The notes under the pieces are model-generated. The model was given only the letters and a program-made list of their open reading frames with translations. It was not told the DNA's origin and ran no database searches. A stretch of DNA of 64,000 bases, taken from NCBI RefSeq assembly GCF_009914755.1, contig NC_060935.1. The stretch is one strand, 5' to 3'. Below are positions 41,001 to 54,900 of the stretch, piece by piece. The translations under genes were made by a program, and so were the position numbers. This DNA is from the human T2T-CHM13v2.0 reference genome, Homo sapiens. The first letter of the stretch is position 1; each line of letters begins with the position of its first letter.

Positions 41001-43083
41001 GCATTGTGAGAAACTTCTTTGTGATGTTTGCGTTCAACTCACAGAGTTGAACCTTGCTTTCATAGTTCAGCTTTCAAACACTCTTTTTGTAGAATCTGCA
41101 AGTGGATATTTGGACCACTTTGTGGCCTTCCTTCGAAACGGGTATATCTTCACATCAAACCTAGACAGAAGCATTCTCAGAATGTTTCCTGTGATGACTG
41201 CATTCAACTCACAGAGGTGAAAAATCCTGCTGATGGAGCAGTTTTGAAACTCTCTTTCTTTGGATTCTGCAAGTGGATATGTGGACCTCTGTGAAGATTT
41301 CGTTGGAAACGGGTTCATCTTCACAGAAAAACTAAACAGAAGCATTCTCAGAAACTGCTTTGTGATGTTTGTGTTCCACTTCAGGAATTGAACTTTCCTC
41401 TTGACAGAGCAGCTCTGAAACCCTCTTATTCTAGAATCTGCAAGTGGACATTTGGAGGGCTTTGAGGCCTGTGGTGGAAAAGGAAAATCTTCACATAAAA
41501 ACTAGATGGAAGCATTCTCAGAAACTACTTTGTGATAATTGCATTCGACTCACAGAGTTGAACATTCCTATAGATAGAGCAGGTTGTAAACAATCTTTTT
41601 GTAGAATCTGCGATTGGAGATTCGGACTGCTTTGAGGCCTACTGTAGTAAAGGAAATAACTTCATCTAAAAACCAAACGGAAGCATTCACAGACAATTCT
41701 TAGTGATCATTGCATTGAACTAACAGAGCTGAACATTCCTTTAGATGGAGCAGTTTCCAAACACACTTTCTGTAGAACCTGCAAGTGGATATTTGGACCT
41801 CTCTGAGGATTTCGTTGGAAACGGGATAAACTTCCCAGAACTACACGGAAGCATGCTGAGAAACTTCTTTGTGATGTTTGCATTCAACTCACAGAGTTGA
41901 ACCTTGCTTTCATAGTTCAGCTTTCAAACACTCTTTTTGTAGAATCTGCAAGTGGATATTTGGACCACTTTGTGGCCTTCCTTCGAAACGGGTATATCTT
42001 CACATCAAACCTAGACAGAAGCATTCTCAGAATGTTTCCTGTGATGACTGCATTCAACTCACAGAGGTGAACAATCCTGCTGATGGAGCAGTTTTGAAAC
42101 TCTCTTTCTTTGGATTCTGCAAGTGGATATGTGGACCTCTGTGAAGATTTCGTTGGAAACGGGTTCATCTTCACAGAAAAACTAAACAGAAGCATTCTCA
42201 GAAACTGCTTTGTGATGTTTGTGTTCCACTTCAGGAATTGAACTTTCCTCTTGACAGAGCAGCTCTGAAACCCTCTTATTCTAGAATCTGCAAGTGGACA
42301 TTTGGAGGGCTTTGAGGCCTGTGGTGGAAAAGGAAAATCTTCACATAAAAACTAGATGGAAGCATTCTCAGAAACTACTTTGTGATAATTGCATTCGACT
42401 CACAGAGTTGAACATTCCTATAGATAGAGCAGGTTGTAAACAATCTTTTTGTAGAATCTGCGATTGGAGATTCGGACTGCTTTGAGGCCTACTGTAGTAA
42501 AGGAAATAACTTCATCTAAAAACCAAACGGAAGCATTCACAGACAATTCTTAGTGATCATTGCATTGAACTAACAGAGCTGAACATTCCTTTAGATGGAG
42601 CAGTTTCCAAACACACTTTCTGTAGAACCTGCAAGTGGATATTTGGACCTCTCTGAGGATTTCGTTGGAAACGGGATAAACTTCCCAGAACTACACGGAA
42701 GCATGCTGAGAAACTTCTTTGTGATGTTTGCATTCAACTCACAGAGTTGAACCTTGCTTTCATAGTTCAGCTTTCAAACACTCTTTTTGTAGAATCTGCA
42801 AGTGGATATTTGGACCACTTTGTGGCCTTCCTTCGAAACGGGTATATCTTCACATCAAACCTAGACAGAAGCATTCTCAGAATGTTTCCTGTGATGACTG
42901 CATTCAACTCACAGAGGTGAACAATCCTGCTGATGGAGCAGTGTTGAAACTCTCTTTCTTTGGATTCTGCAAGTGGATATGTGGACCTCTGTGAAGATTT
43001 CGTTGGAAACGGGTTCATCTTCACAGAAAAACTAAACAGGAGCATTCTCAGAAACTGCTTTGTGATGTTTGTGTTCCACTTCA
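26043..43083 (+). repeat. 8,500-bp (10-HOR) tandem block duplication
   Basis: Rare variants recur at exactly +8500: GGTATATTTT 26691/35191, TTTGCACTGC 28021/36521, ACAGTGTTGA 28291/36791, AGCATTCCCA 28761/37261, TAGCAGAGCT 29821/38321, ACGAGATAAA 29921/38421, AGCTCCGAAA 30361/38861, ATAATCCTGT 31021/39521, AAGGTTTCCTGTCATG 31831/40331, CGTTCAACTC 32531/41031. Confidence 0.95.
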
Positions 43084-45855
43084 AGAATTGAACTTTCCTC
43101 TTGACAGAGCAGCTCTGAAACCCTCTTTTTCTAGAATCTGCAAGTGGACATTTGGAGGGCTTTGAGGCCTGTGGTGGAAAAGGAAAATCTTCACATAAAA
43201 ACTGGATGGAAGCATTCTCAGAAACTACTTTGTGATGATTGCATTCGACTCACAGAGTTGAACATTCCTACAGATAGAACAGGTTGTAAACAATCTTTTT
43301 GTAGAATCTGCGATTGGAGATTTGGACTGCTTTGAGGCCTACTGTAGTAAAGGAAATAACTTCATCTAAAAACCAAACGGAAGCATTCACAGACAATTCT
43401 TAGTGATCATTGGATTGAACTAACAGAGCTGAACATTCCTTTAGATGGAGCAGTTTCCAAACCCACTTTCTGTAGAATCTGCAAGTGGATATTTGGACTT
43501 CTCTGAGGATTTCGTTGGAAACGGGATAAACTTCCCAGAACTACACGGAAGCATTGTGAGAAACTTCTTTGTGATGTTTGCATTCAACTCACAGAGTTGA
43601 ACCTTGCTTTCATAGTTCAGCTTTCAAACACTCTTTTTGTAGAATCTGCAAGTGGATATTTGGACCACTTTGTGGCCTTCCTTCGAAACGGGTATATCTT
43701 CACATCAAACCTAGACAGAAGCATTCTCAGAATGTTTCCTGTGATGACTGCATTCAACTCACAGAGGTGAACAATCCTGCTGATGGAGCAGTTTTGAAAC
43801 TCTCTTTCTTTGGATTCTGCAAGTGGATATGTGGACCTCTGTGAAGATTTCGTTGGAAACGGGTTCATCTTCACAGAAAAACTAAACAGAAGCATTCTCA
43901 GAAACTGCTTTGTGATGTTTCTGTTCCACTTCAGGAATTGAACTTTCCTCTTGACAGAGCAGCTCTAAAACCCTCTTATTCTAGAATCTGCTAGTGGACA
44001 TTTGGAGGGCTTTGAGGCCTGTGGTGGAAAAGGAAAATCTTCACATAAAAACTAGATGGAAGCATTCTCAGAAACTACTTTGTGATAATTGCATTCGACT
44101 CACAGAGTTGAACATTCCTATAGATACAGCAGGTTGTAAACAATCTTTTTGTAGAATCTGCGATTGGAGATTTGGACTGCTTTGAGGCCTACTGTAGTAA
44201 AGGAAATAACTTCATCTAAAAACCAAACGGAAGCATTCACAGACAATTCTTAGTGATCATTGCATTGAACTAACAGAGCTGAACATTCCTTTAGATGGAG
44301 CAGTTTCCAAACACACTTTCTGTAGAACCTGCAAGTGGATATTTGGACCTCTCTGAGGATTTCGTTGGAAACGGGATAAACTTCCCAGAACTACACGGAA
44401 GCATTGTGAGAAACTTCTTTGTGATGTTTGCATTCAACTCACAGAGTTGAACCTTGCTTTCATAGTTCAGCTTTCAAACACTCTTTTTGTAGAATCTGCA
44501 AGTGGATATTTGGACCACTTTGTGGCCTTCCTTCGAAACGGGTATATCTTCACATCAAACCTAGACAGAAACATTCTCAGAATGTTTCCTGTGATGACTG
44601 CATTCAACTCACAGAGGTGAACAATCCTGCTGATGGAGCAGTTTTGAAACTCTCTTTCTTTGGATTCTGCAAGTGGATATGTGGACCTCTGTGAAGATTT
44701 CGTTGGAAACGGGTTCATCTTCACAGAAAAACTAAACAGAAACATTCTCAGAAACTGCTTTGTGATGTTTGTGTTCCACTTCAGGAATTGAACTTTCCTC
44801 TTGACAGAGCAGCTCTGAAACCCTCTTATTCTAGAATCTGCAAGTGGACATTTGGAGGGCTTTGAGGCCTGTGGTGGAAAAGGAAAATCTTCACATAAAA
44901 ACTAGATGGAAGCATTCTCAGAAACTACTTTGTGATGATTGCATTCGACTCACAGAGTTGAACATTCCTATAGATACAGCAGGTTGTAAACAATCTTTTT
45001 GTAGAATCTGCGATTGGAGATTTGGACTGCTTTGAGGCCTACTGTAGTAAAGGAAATAACTTCATCTAAAAACCAAACGGAAGCATTCACAGACAATTCT
45101 TAGTGATCATTGGATTGAACTAACAGAGCTGAACATTCCTTTAGATGGCGCAGTTTCCAAACACACTTTCTGTAGAATCTGCAAGTGGATATTTGGACTT
45201 CTCTGAGGATTTCGTTGGAAAAGGGATAAACTTCCCAGAACTACACGGAAGCATTGTGAGAAACTTCTTTGTGATGTTTGCATTCAACTCACAGAGTTGA
45301 ACCTTGCTTTCATAGTTCAGCTTTCAAACACTCTTTTTGTAGAATCTGCAAGTGGATATTTGGACCACTTTGTGGCCTTCCTTCGAAACGGGTATATCTT
45401 CACATCAAACCTAGACAGAAGCATTCTCAGAATGTTTCCTGTGATGACTGCATTCAACTCACAGAGGTGAACAATCCTGCTGATGGAGCAGTTTTGAAAC
45501 TCTCTTTCTTTGGATTCTGCAAGTGGATATGTGGACCTCTGTGAAGATTTCGTTGGAAACGGGTTCATCTTCACAGAAAAACTAAACAGGAGAATTCTCA
45601 GAAACTGCTTTGTGATGTTTGTGTTCCACTTCAAGAATTGAACTTTCCTCTTGACAGAGCAGCTCTGAAACCCTCTTTTTCTAGAATCTGCAAGTGGACA
45701 TTTGGAGGGCTTTGAGGCCTGTGGTGGAAAAGGAAAATCTTCACATAAAAACTAGATGGAAGCATTCTCAGAAACTACTTTGTGATGATTGCATTCGACT
45801 CACAGAGTTGAACATTCCTATAGAGAGAGCAGGTTGTAAACAATCTTATTGTACA

Positions 45856-48800
45856 ATCTGCGATTGGAGATTTGGACTGCTTTGAGGCCTACTGTAGTAA
45901 AGGAAATAACTTCATCTAAAAACCAAACGGAAGCATTCACAGACAATTCTTAGTGATCATTGGATTGAACTAACAGAGCTGAACATTCCTTTAGATGGAG
46001 CAGTTTCCAAACCCACTTTCTGTAGAATCTGCAAGTGGATATTTGGACTTCTCTGAGGATTTCGTTGGAAACGGGATAAACTTCCCGGAACTACAGGGAA
46101 GCATTGTGAGAAACTTCTTTGTGATGTTTGCATTCAACTCACAGAGTTGAATCTTGCTTTCATAGTTCAGCTTTCAAACACTCTTTTTGTAGAATCTGCA
46201 AGTGGATATTTGGACCACTTTGTGGCCTTCCTTCGAAACGGGTATATCTTCACATCAAACCTAGACAGAAGCATTCTCAGAATGTTTCCTGTGATGACTG
46301 CATTCAACTCACAGAGGTGAACAATCCTGTTGATGGAGCAGTTTTGAAACTCTCTTTCTTTGGATTCTGCAAGTGGATATGTGGACCTCTGTGAAGATTT
46401 CGTTGGAAACGGGTTCATCTTCACGGAAAAACTAAACAGAAGCATTCTCAGAAACTGCTTTGTGATGTTTGTGTTCCACTTCAGGAATTGAACTTTCCTC
46501 TTGACAGAGCAGCTCTGAAACCCTCTTATTCTAGAATCTGCAAGTGGACATTTGGAGGGCTTTGAGGCCTGTGGTGGAAAAGGAAAATCTTCACATAAAA
46601 ACTAGATGGAAGCATTCTCAGAAACTACTTTGTGATGATTGCATTCGACTCACAGAGTAGAACATTCCTATAGATAGAGCAGGTTGTAAACAATCTTTTT
46701 GTAGAATCTGCGATTGGAGATTCGGACTGCTTTGAGGCCTACTGTAGTAAAGGAAATAACTTCATCTAAAAACCAAACGGAAGCATTCACAGACAATTCT
46801 TAGTGATCATTGCATTGAACTAACAGAGCTGAACATTCCTTTAGATGGCGCAGTTTCCAAACACACTTTCTGTAGAATCTGCAAGTGGATATTTGGACCT
46901 CTCTGAGGATTTCGTTGGAAACGGGATAAACTTCCCAGAACTACACGGAAGCATGCTGAGAAACTTCTTTGTGATGTTTGCATTCAACTCACAGAGTTGA
47001 ACCTTGCTTTCATAGTTCAGCTTTCAAACACTCTTTTTGTAGAATCTGCAAGTGGATATTTGGACCACTTTGTGGCCTTCCTTCGAAACGGGTATATCTT
47101 CACATCAAACCTAGACAGAAGCATTCTCAGAATGTTTCCTGTGATGACTGCATTCAACTCACAGAGGTGAACAATCCTGCTGATGGAGCAGTTTTGAAAC
47201 TCTCTTTCTTTGGATTCTGCAAGTGGATATGTGGACCTCTGTGAAGATTTCGTTGGAAACGGGTTCATCTTCACAGAAAAACTAAACAGAAACATTCTCA
47301 GAAACTGCTTTGTGATGTTTGTGTTCCACTTCAGGAATTGAACTTTCCTCTTGACAGAGCAGCTCTGAAACCCTCTTATTCTAGAATCTGCAAGTGGACA
47401 TTTGGAGGGCTTTGAGGCCTGTGGTGGAAAAGGAAAATCTTCACATAAAAACTAGATGGAAGCATTCTCAGAAACTACTTTGTGATGATTGCATTCGACT
47501 CACAGAGTTGAACATTCCTATAGATAGAGCAGGTTGTAAACAATCTTTTTGTAGAATCTGCGATTGGAGATTTGGACTGCTTTGAGGCCTACTGTAGTAA
47601 AGGAAATAACTTCATCTAAAAACCAAACGGAAGCATTCACAGACAATTCTTAGTGATCATTGGATTGAACTAACAGAGCTGAACATTCCTTTAGATGGAG
47701 CAGTTTCCAAACCCACTTTCTGTAGAATCTGCAAGTGGATATTTGGACTTCTCTGAGGATTTCGTTGGAAACGGGATAAATTTCCCGGAACTACAGGGAA
47801 GCATTGTGAGAAACTTCTTTGTGATGTTTGCATTCAACTCACAGAGTTGAATCTTGCTTTCATAGTTCAGCTTTGAAACACTCTTTTTGTAGAATCTGCA
47901 AGTGGATATTTGGACCACTTTGTGGCCTTCCTTCGAAACGGGTATATCTTCACATCAAACCTAGACAGAAGCATTCTCAGAATGTTTCCTGTGATGACTG
48001 CATTCAACTCACAGAGGTGAACAATCCTGTTGATGGAGCAGTTTTGAAACTCTCTTTCTTTGGATTCTACAAGTGGATATGTGGACCTCTGTGAAGATTT
48101 CGTTGGAAACGGGTTCATCTTCACGGAAAAACTAAACAGAAGCATTCTCAGAAACTGCTTTGTGATGTTTGTGTTCCACTTCAGGAATTGAACTTTCCTC
48201 TTGACAGAGCAGCTCTGAAACCCTCTTATTCTAGAATCTGCAAGTGGACATTTGGAGGGCTTTGAGGCCTGTGGTGGAAAAGGAAAATCTTCACATAAAA
48301 ACTAGATGGAAGCATTCTCAGAAACTACTTTGTGATGATTGCATTCGACTCACAGAGTAGAACATTCCTATAGATAGAGCAGGTTGTAAACAATCTTTTT
48401 GTAGAATCTGCGATTGGAGATTCGGACTGCTTTGAGGCCTACTGTAGTAAAGGAAATAACTTCATCTAAAAACCAAACGGAAGCATTCACAGACAATTCT
48501 TAGTGATCATTGCATTGAACTAACAGAGCTGAACATTCCTTTAGATGGCGCAGTTTCCAAACACACTTTCTGTAGAATCTGCAAGTGGATATTTGGACCT
48601 CTCTGAGTATTTCGTTGGAAACGGGATAAACTTCCCAGAACTACACGGAAGCATGCTGAGAAACTTCTTTGTGATGTTTGCATTCAACTCACAGAGTTGA
48701 AACTTGCTTTCATAGTTCAGCTTTCAAACACTCTTTTTGTAGAATCTGCAAGTGGATATTTGGACCACTTTGTGGCCTTCCTTCGAAACGGGTATATCTT

Positions 48801-48989
48801 CACATCAAACCTAGACAGAAGCATTCTCAGAATGTTTCCTGTGATGACTGCATTCAACTCACAGAGGTGAACAATCCTGCTGATGGAGCAGTTTTGAAAC
48901 TCTCTTTCTTTGGATTCTGCAAGTGGATATGTGGACCTCTGTGAAGATTTCGTTGGAAACGGGTTCATCTTCACAGAAAAACTAAACAG
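45856..48989 (+). repeat. Older ~2-HOR (1,700-bp period) tandem duplication, HOR55-56 vs HOR57-58
   Basis: Shared variants at +1700: TTCCCGGAA 46082/47782, ATCTTGC 46151/47851, TCACGGAAAA 46421/48121, CACAGAGTAG 46651/48351, GCATGCTGAG 46951/48651. Boundaries are approximate. Confidence 0.85.
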
Positions 48990-51900
48990 GAGCATTCTCA
49001 GAAACTGCTTTGTGATGTTTGTGTTCCACTTCAAGAATTGAACTTTCCTCTTGACAGAGCAGCTCTGAAACCCTCTTTTTCTAGAATCTGCAAGTGGACA
49101 TTTGGAGGGCTTTGAGGCCTGTGGTGGAAAAGGAAAATCTTCACATAAAAACTAGATGGAAGCATTCTCAGAAACTACTTTGTGATGATTGCATTCGACT
49201 CACAGAGTTGAACATTCCTATAGATAGAGCAGGTTGTAAACAATCTTTTTGTAGAATCTGCGATTGGAGATTTGGACTGCTTTGAGGCCTACTGTAGTAA
49301 AGGAAATAACTTCATCTAAAAACCAAACGGAAGCATTCACAGACAATTCTTAGTGATCATTGGATTGAACTAACAGAGCTGAACATTCCTTTAGATGGAG
49401 CAGTTTCCAAACCCACTTTCTGTAGAATCTGCAAGTGGATATTTGGACTTCTCTGAGGATTTCGTTGGAAACGGGATAAACTTCCCAGAACTACACGGAA
49501 GCATTGTGAGAAACTTCTTTGTGATGTTTGCATTCAACTCACAGAGTTGAACCTTGCTTTCATAGTTCAGCTTTCAAACACTCTTTTTGTAGAATCTGCA
49601 AGTGGATATTTGGACCACTTTGTGGCCTTCCTTCGAAACGGGTATATCTTCACATCAAACCTAGACAGAAGCATTCTCAGAATGTTTCCTGTGATGACTG
49701 CATTCAACTCACAGAGGTGAACAATCCTGCTGATGGAGCAGTTTTGAAACTCTCTTTCTTTGGATTCTGCAAGTGGATATGTGGACCTCTGTGAAGATTT
49801 CGTTGGAAACGGGTTCATCTTCACAGAAAAACTAAACAGAAACATTCTCAGAAACTGCTTTGTGATGTTTGTGTTCCACTTCAGGAATTGAACTTTCCTC
49901 TTGACAGAGCAGCTCTGAAACCCTCTTATTCTAGAATCTGCAAGTGGACATTTGGAGGGCTTTGAGGCCTGTGGTGGAAAAGGAAAATCTTCACATAAAA
50001 ATTAGATGGAAGCATTCTCAGAAACTACTTTGTGATGATTGCATTCGACTCACAGAGTTGAACATTCCTATAGATAGAGCAGGTTGTAAACAATCTTTTT
50101 GTAGAATCTGCGATTGGAGATTTGGACTGCTTTGAGGCCTACTGTAGTAAAGGAAATAACTTCATCTAAAAACCAAACGGAAGCATTCACAGACAATTCT
50201 TAGTGATCATTGCATTGAACTAACAGAGCTGAACATTCCTTTAGATGGAGCAGTTTCCAAACCCACTTTCTGTAGAATCTGCAAGTGGATATTTGGACTT
50301 CTCTGAGGATTTCGTTGGAAACGGGATAAACTTCCCAGAACTACACGGAAGCATTGTGAGAAACTTCTTTGTGATGTTTGCATTCAACTCACAGAGTTGA
50401 ACCTTGCTTTCATAGTTCAGCTTTCAAACACTCTTTTTGTAGAATCTGCAAGTGGATATTTGGACCACTTTGTGGCCTTCCTTCGAAACGGGTATATCTT
50501 CACATCAAACCTAGACAGAAGCATTCTCAGAATGTTTCCTGTGATGACTGCATTCAACTCACAGAGGTGAACAATCCTGCTGATGGAGCAGTTTTGAAAC
50601 TCTCTTTCTTTGGATTCTGCAAGTGGATATGTGGACCTCTGTGAAGATTTCGTTGGAAACGGGTTCATCTTCACAGAAAAACTAAACAGAAGCATTCTCA
50701 GAAACTGCTTTGTGATGTTTGTGTTCCACTTCAGGAATTGAACTTTCCTCTTGACAGAGCAGCTCTGAAACCCTCTTATTCTAGAATCTGCAAGTGGACA
50801 TTTGGAGGGCTTTGAGGCCTGTGGTGGAAAAGGAAAATCTTCACATAAAAACTAGATGGAAGCATTCTCAGAAACTACTTTGTGATGATTGCATTCGACT
50901 CACAGAGTTGAACATTCCTATAGATAGAGCAGGTTGTAAACAATCTTTTTGTAGAATCTGCGATTGGAGATTTGGACTGCTTTGAGGCCTACTGTAGTAA
51001 AGGAAATAACTTCATCTAAAAACCAAACGGAAGCATTCACAGACAATTCTTAGTGATCATTGCATTGAACTAACAGAGCTGAACATTCCTTTAGATGGAG
51101 CAGTTTCCAAACACACTTTCTGTAGAATCTGCAAGTGGATATTTGGACTTCTCTGAGGATTTCGTTGGAAATGGGATAAACTTCCCAGAACTACACGGAA
51201 GCATTGTGAGAAACTTCTTTGTGATGTTTGCATTCAACTCACAGAGTTGAACCTTGCTTTCATAGTTCAGCTTTCAAACACTCTTTTTGTAGAATCTGCA
51301 AGTGGATATTTGGACCACTTTGTGGCCTTCCTTCGAAACGGGTATATCTTCACATCAAACCTAGACAGAAGCATTCTCAGAATGTTTCCTGTGAAGACTG
51401 CATTCAACTCACAGAGATGAACAATCCTGTTGATGGAGCACTTTGGAAAATCTCTTTCTTTGGATTCTGCAAGTTGATATGTGGACCTCTGTGAAGATTT
51501 CGTTGGAAACGGGTTCATCTTCACAGAAAAACTAAACAGAAGCATTCTCAAAAACTACTTTGTGATATTTGTATTCCACTTCAAGAATTGAACTTTCCTC
51601 TTGACAGAGCAGCTCTGAAAACCTCTTTTTCTAGAATCTGCAAGTGGACATTTGGAGGGCTTTGAGGCCTGTGGTGGAAAAGGAAAATCTTCACATAAAA
51701 ACTAGATGGAAGCATTCTCAGAAACTACTTTGTGATGATTGCATTCGACTCACAGAGTAGAACATTCCGATAGATAGAGCACGTTGTAAACAATCTTTTT
51801 GTAGAATCTGCGATTGGAGATTCGGACTGCTTTGAGGCCTACTGTAGTAAAGGAAATAACTTCATCTAAAAACCAAACGGAAGCATTCACAGACAATTCT

Positions 51901-54900
51901 TAGTGATCATTGCATTGAACTAACAGAGCTGAACATTCCTTTAGATGGCGCAGTTTCCAAACACACTTTCTGTAGAATCTGCAAGTGGATATTTGGACCT
52001 CTCTGAGGATTTCGTTGGAAACGGGATAAACTTCCCAGAACTACACGGAAGCATTGTGAGAAACTTCTTTCTGATGTTTGCATTCAACTCACAGAGTTGA
52101 ACCTTGCTTTCATAGTTCAGCTTTCAAACACTCTTTTTGTAGAATCTGCAAGTGGATATTTGGACCACTTTGTGGCCTTCCTTCGAAACGGGTATATCTT
52201 CACATCAAACCTAGACAGAAGCATTCTCAGAATGTTTCCTGTGATGACTGCATTCAACTCACAGAGGTGAACAATCCTGCTGATGGAGCAGTTTTGAAAC
52301 TCTCTTTCTTTGGATTCTGCAAGTGGATATGTGGACCTCTGTGAAGATTTCGTTGGAAACGGGTTCATCTTCACAGAAAAACTAAACAGGAGCATTCTCA
52401 GAAACTGCTTTGTGATGTTTGTTTTCCACTTCAGGAATTGAACTTTCCTCTTGACAGAGCAGCTCTGAAACCCTCTTATTCTAGAATCTGCAAGTGGACA
52501 TTTGGAGGGCTTTGAGGCCTGTGGTGGAAAAGGAAAATCTTCACATAAAAACTAGATGGAAGCATTCTCAGAAACTACTTTGTGATGATTGCATTCGACT
52601 CACAGAGTTGAATATTCCTATAGATAGAGCAGGTTGTAAACAATCTTTTTGTAGAATCTGCGATTGGAGATTTGGACTGCTTTGAGGCCTACTGTAGTAA
52701 AGGAAATAACTTCATCTAAAAACCAAACGGAAGCATTCACAGACAATTCTTAGTGATCATTGGATTGAACTAACAGAGCTGAACATTCCTTTAGATGGAG
52801 CAGTTTCCAAACCCACTTTCTGTAGAATCTGCAAGTGGATATTTGGACTTCTCTGAGGATTTCGTTGGAAACGGGATAAACTTCCCAGAACTACACGGAA
52901 GCATTGTGAGAAACTTCTTTGTGATGTTTGCATTCAACTCACAGAGTTGAACCTTGCTTTCATAGTTCAGCTTTCAAACACTCTTTTTGTAGAATCTGCA
53001 AGTGGATATTTGGACCACTTTGTGGCCTTCCTTCGAAACGGGTATATCTTCACATCAAACCTAGACAGAAGCATTCTCAGAATGTTTCCTGTGATGACTG
53101 CATTCAACTCACAGAGGTGAACAATCCTGTTGATGGAGCAGTTTTGAAACTCTCTTTCTTTGGATTCTCCAAGTGGATATGTGGACCTCTGTGAAGATTT
53201 CGTTGGAAACGGGTTCATCTTCACAGAAAAACTAAACAGAAGCATTCTCAGAAACTCCTTTGTGATGTTTGTGTTCCACTTCAGGAATTGAACTTTCCTC
53301 TTGAAAGAGCAGCTCTGAAACCCTCTTTTTCTGGAATCTGCAAGTGGACATTTGGAGGGCTTTGAGGCCTGTGGTGGAAAAGGAAAATCTTCACATAAAA
53401 ACTAGATGGAAGCATTCTCAGAAACTACTTTGTGATGATTGCATTCGACTCACAGAGTTGAACATTCCTATAGATAGAGCAGGTTGTAAACAATCTTTTT
53501 GTAAAATCTGCGATTGGAGATTTGGACTGCTTTGAGGCCTACTGTAGTAAAGGAAATAACTTCATCTAAAAACCAAACGGAAGCATTCACAGACAATTCT
53601 TAGTGATCATTGGATTGAACTAACAGAGCTGAACATTCCTTTAGATGGAGCAGTTTCCAAACACACTTTCTGTAGAATCTGCAAGTGGATATTTGGACTT
53701 CTCTGAGGATTTCGTTGGAAACGGGATAAACTTCCCAGAACTACACGGAAGCATTGTGAGAAACTTCTTTGTGATGTTTGCATTCAACTCACAGAGTTGA
53801 ACCTTGCTTTCATAGTTCAGCTTTCAAACACTCTTTTTGTAGAATCTGCAAGTGGATATTTGGACCACTTTGTGGCCTTCCTTCGAAACGCGTATATCTT
53901 CACATCAAACCTAGACAGAAGCATACTCAGAATGTTTCCTGTGATGACTGCATTCAACTCACAGAGGTGAACAATCCTGCTGATGGAGCAGTTTTGAAAC
54001 TCTCTTACTTTGGATTCTGCAAGTGGATATGTGGACCTCTGTGAAGATTTCGTTGGAAACGGGTTCATCTTCACAGAAAAACTAAACAGGAGCATTCTCA
54101 GAAACTGCTTTGTGATGTTTGTGTTCCACTTCAAGAATTGAACTTTCCTCTTGACAGAGCAGCTCTGAAACCTTCTTTTACTAGAATCTGCAAGTGGACA
54201 TTTGGAGGGCTGTGAGGCCTGTGGTGGAAAAGGAAAATCTTCACATAAATACTAGATGGAAGCATTCTCAGAAACTACTTTGTGATGATTGCATTCGACT
54301 CACAGAGTTGAACATTCCTATAGATAGAGCAGGTTGTAAACAATCTTTTTGTAGAATCTCCGATTGGAGATTTGGACTGCTTTGAGGCCTACTGTAGTAA
54401 AGGAAATAACTTCATCTAAAAACCAAACGGAAGCATTCACAGACAATTCTTAGTGATCATTGCATTGAACTAACAGAGCTGAACATTCCTTTAGATGGAG
54501 CAGTTACCAAACACACTTTCTGTAGAATCTGCAAGTGGATATTTGGACTTCTCTGAGGATTTCGTTGGAAACGGGATAAACTTCCCAGAACTACACGGAA
54601 GCATTGTGAGAAACTTCTTTGTGATGTTTGCATTCAACTCACAGAGTTGAACCTTGCTTTCATAGTTCAGCTTTCAAACACTCTTTTTGTAGAATCTGCA
54701 AGTGGATATTTGGACCACTTTGTGGCCTTCCTTCGAAACGGGTATATCTTCACATCAAACCTAGACAGCAGCATTCTCAGAATGTTTCCTGTGATGACTG
54801 CATTCAACTCACAGAGGTGAACAATCCTGCTGACGGAGCAGTTTTGAAACTCTCTTTCTTTGGATTCTGCAAGTGGATATGTGGACCTCTGTGAAGATTT

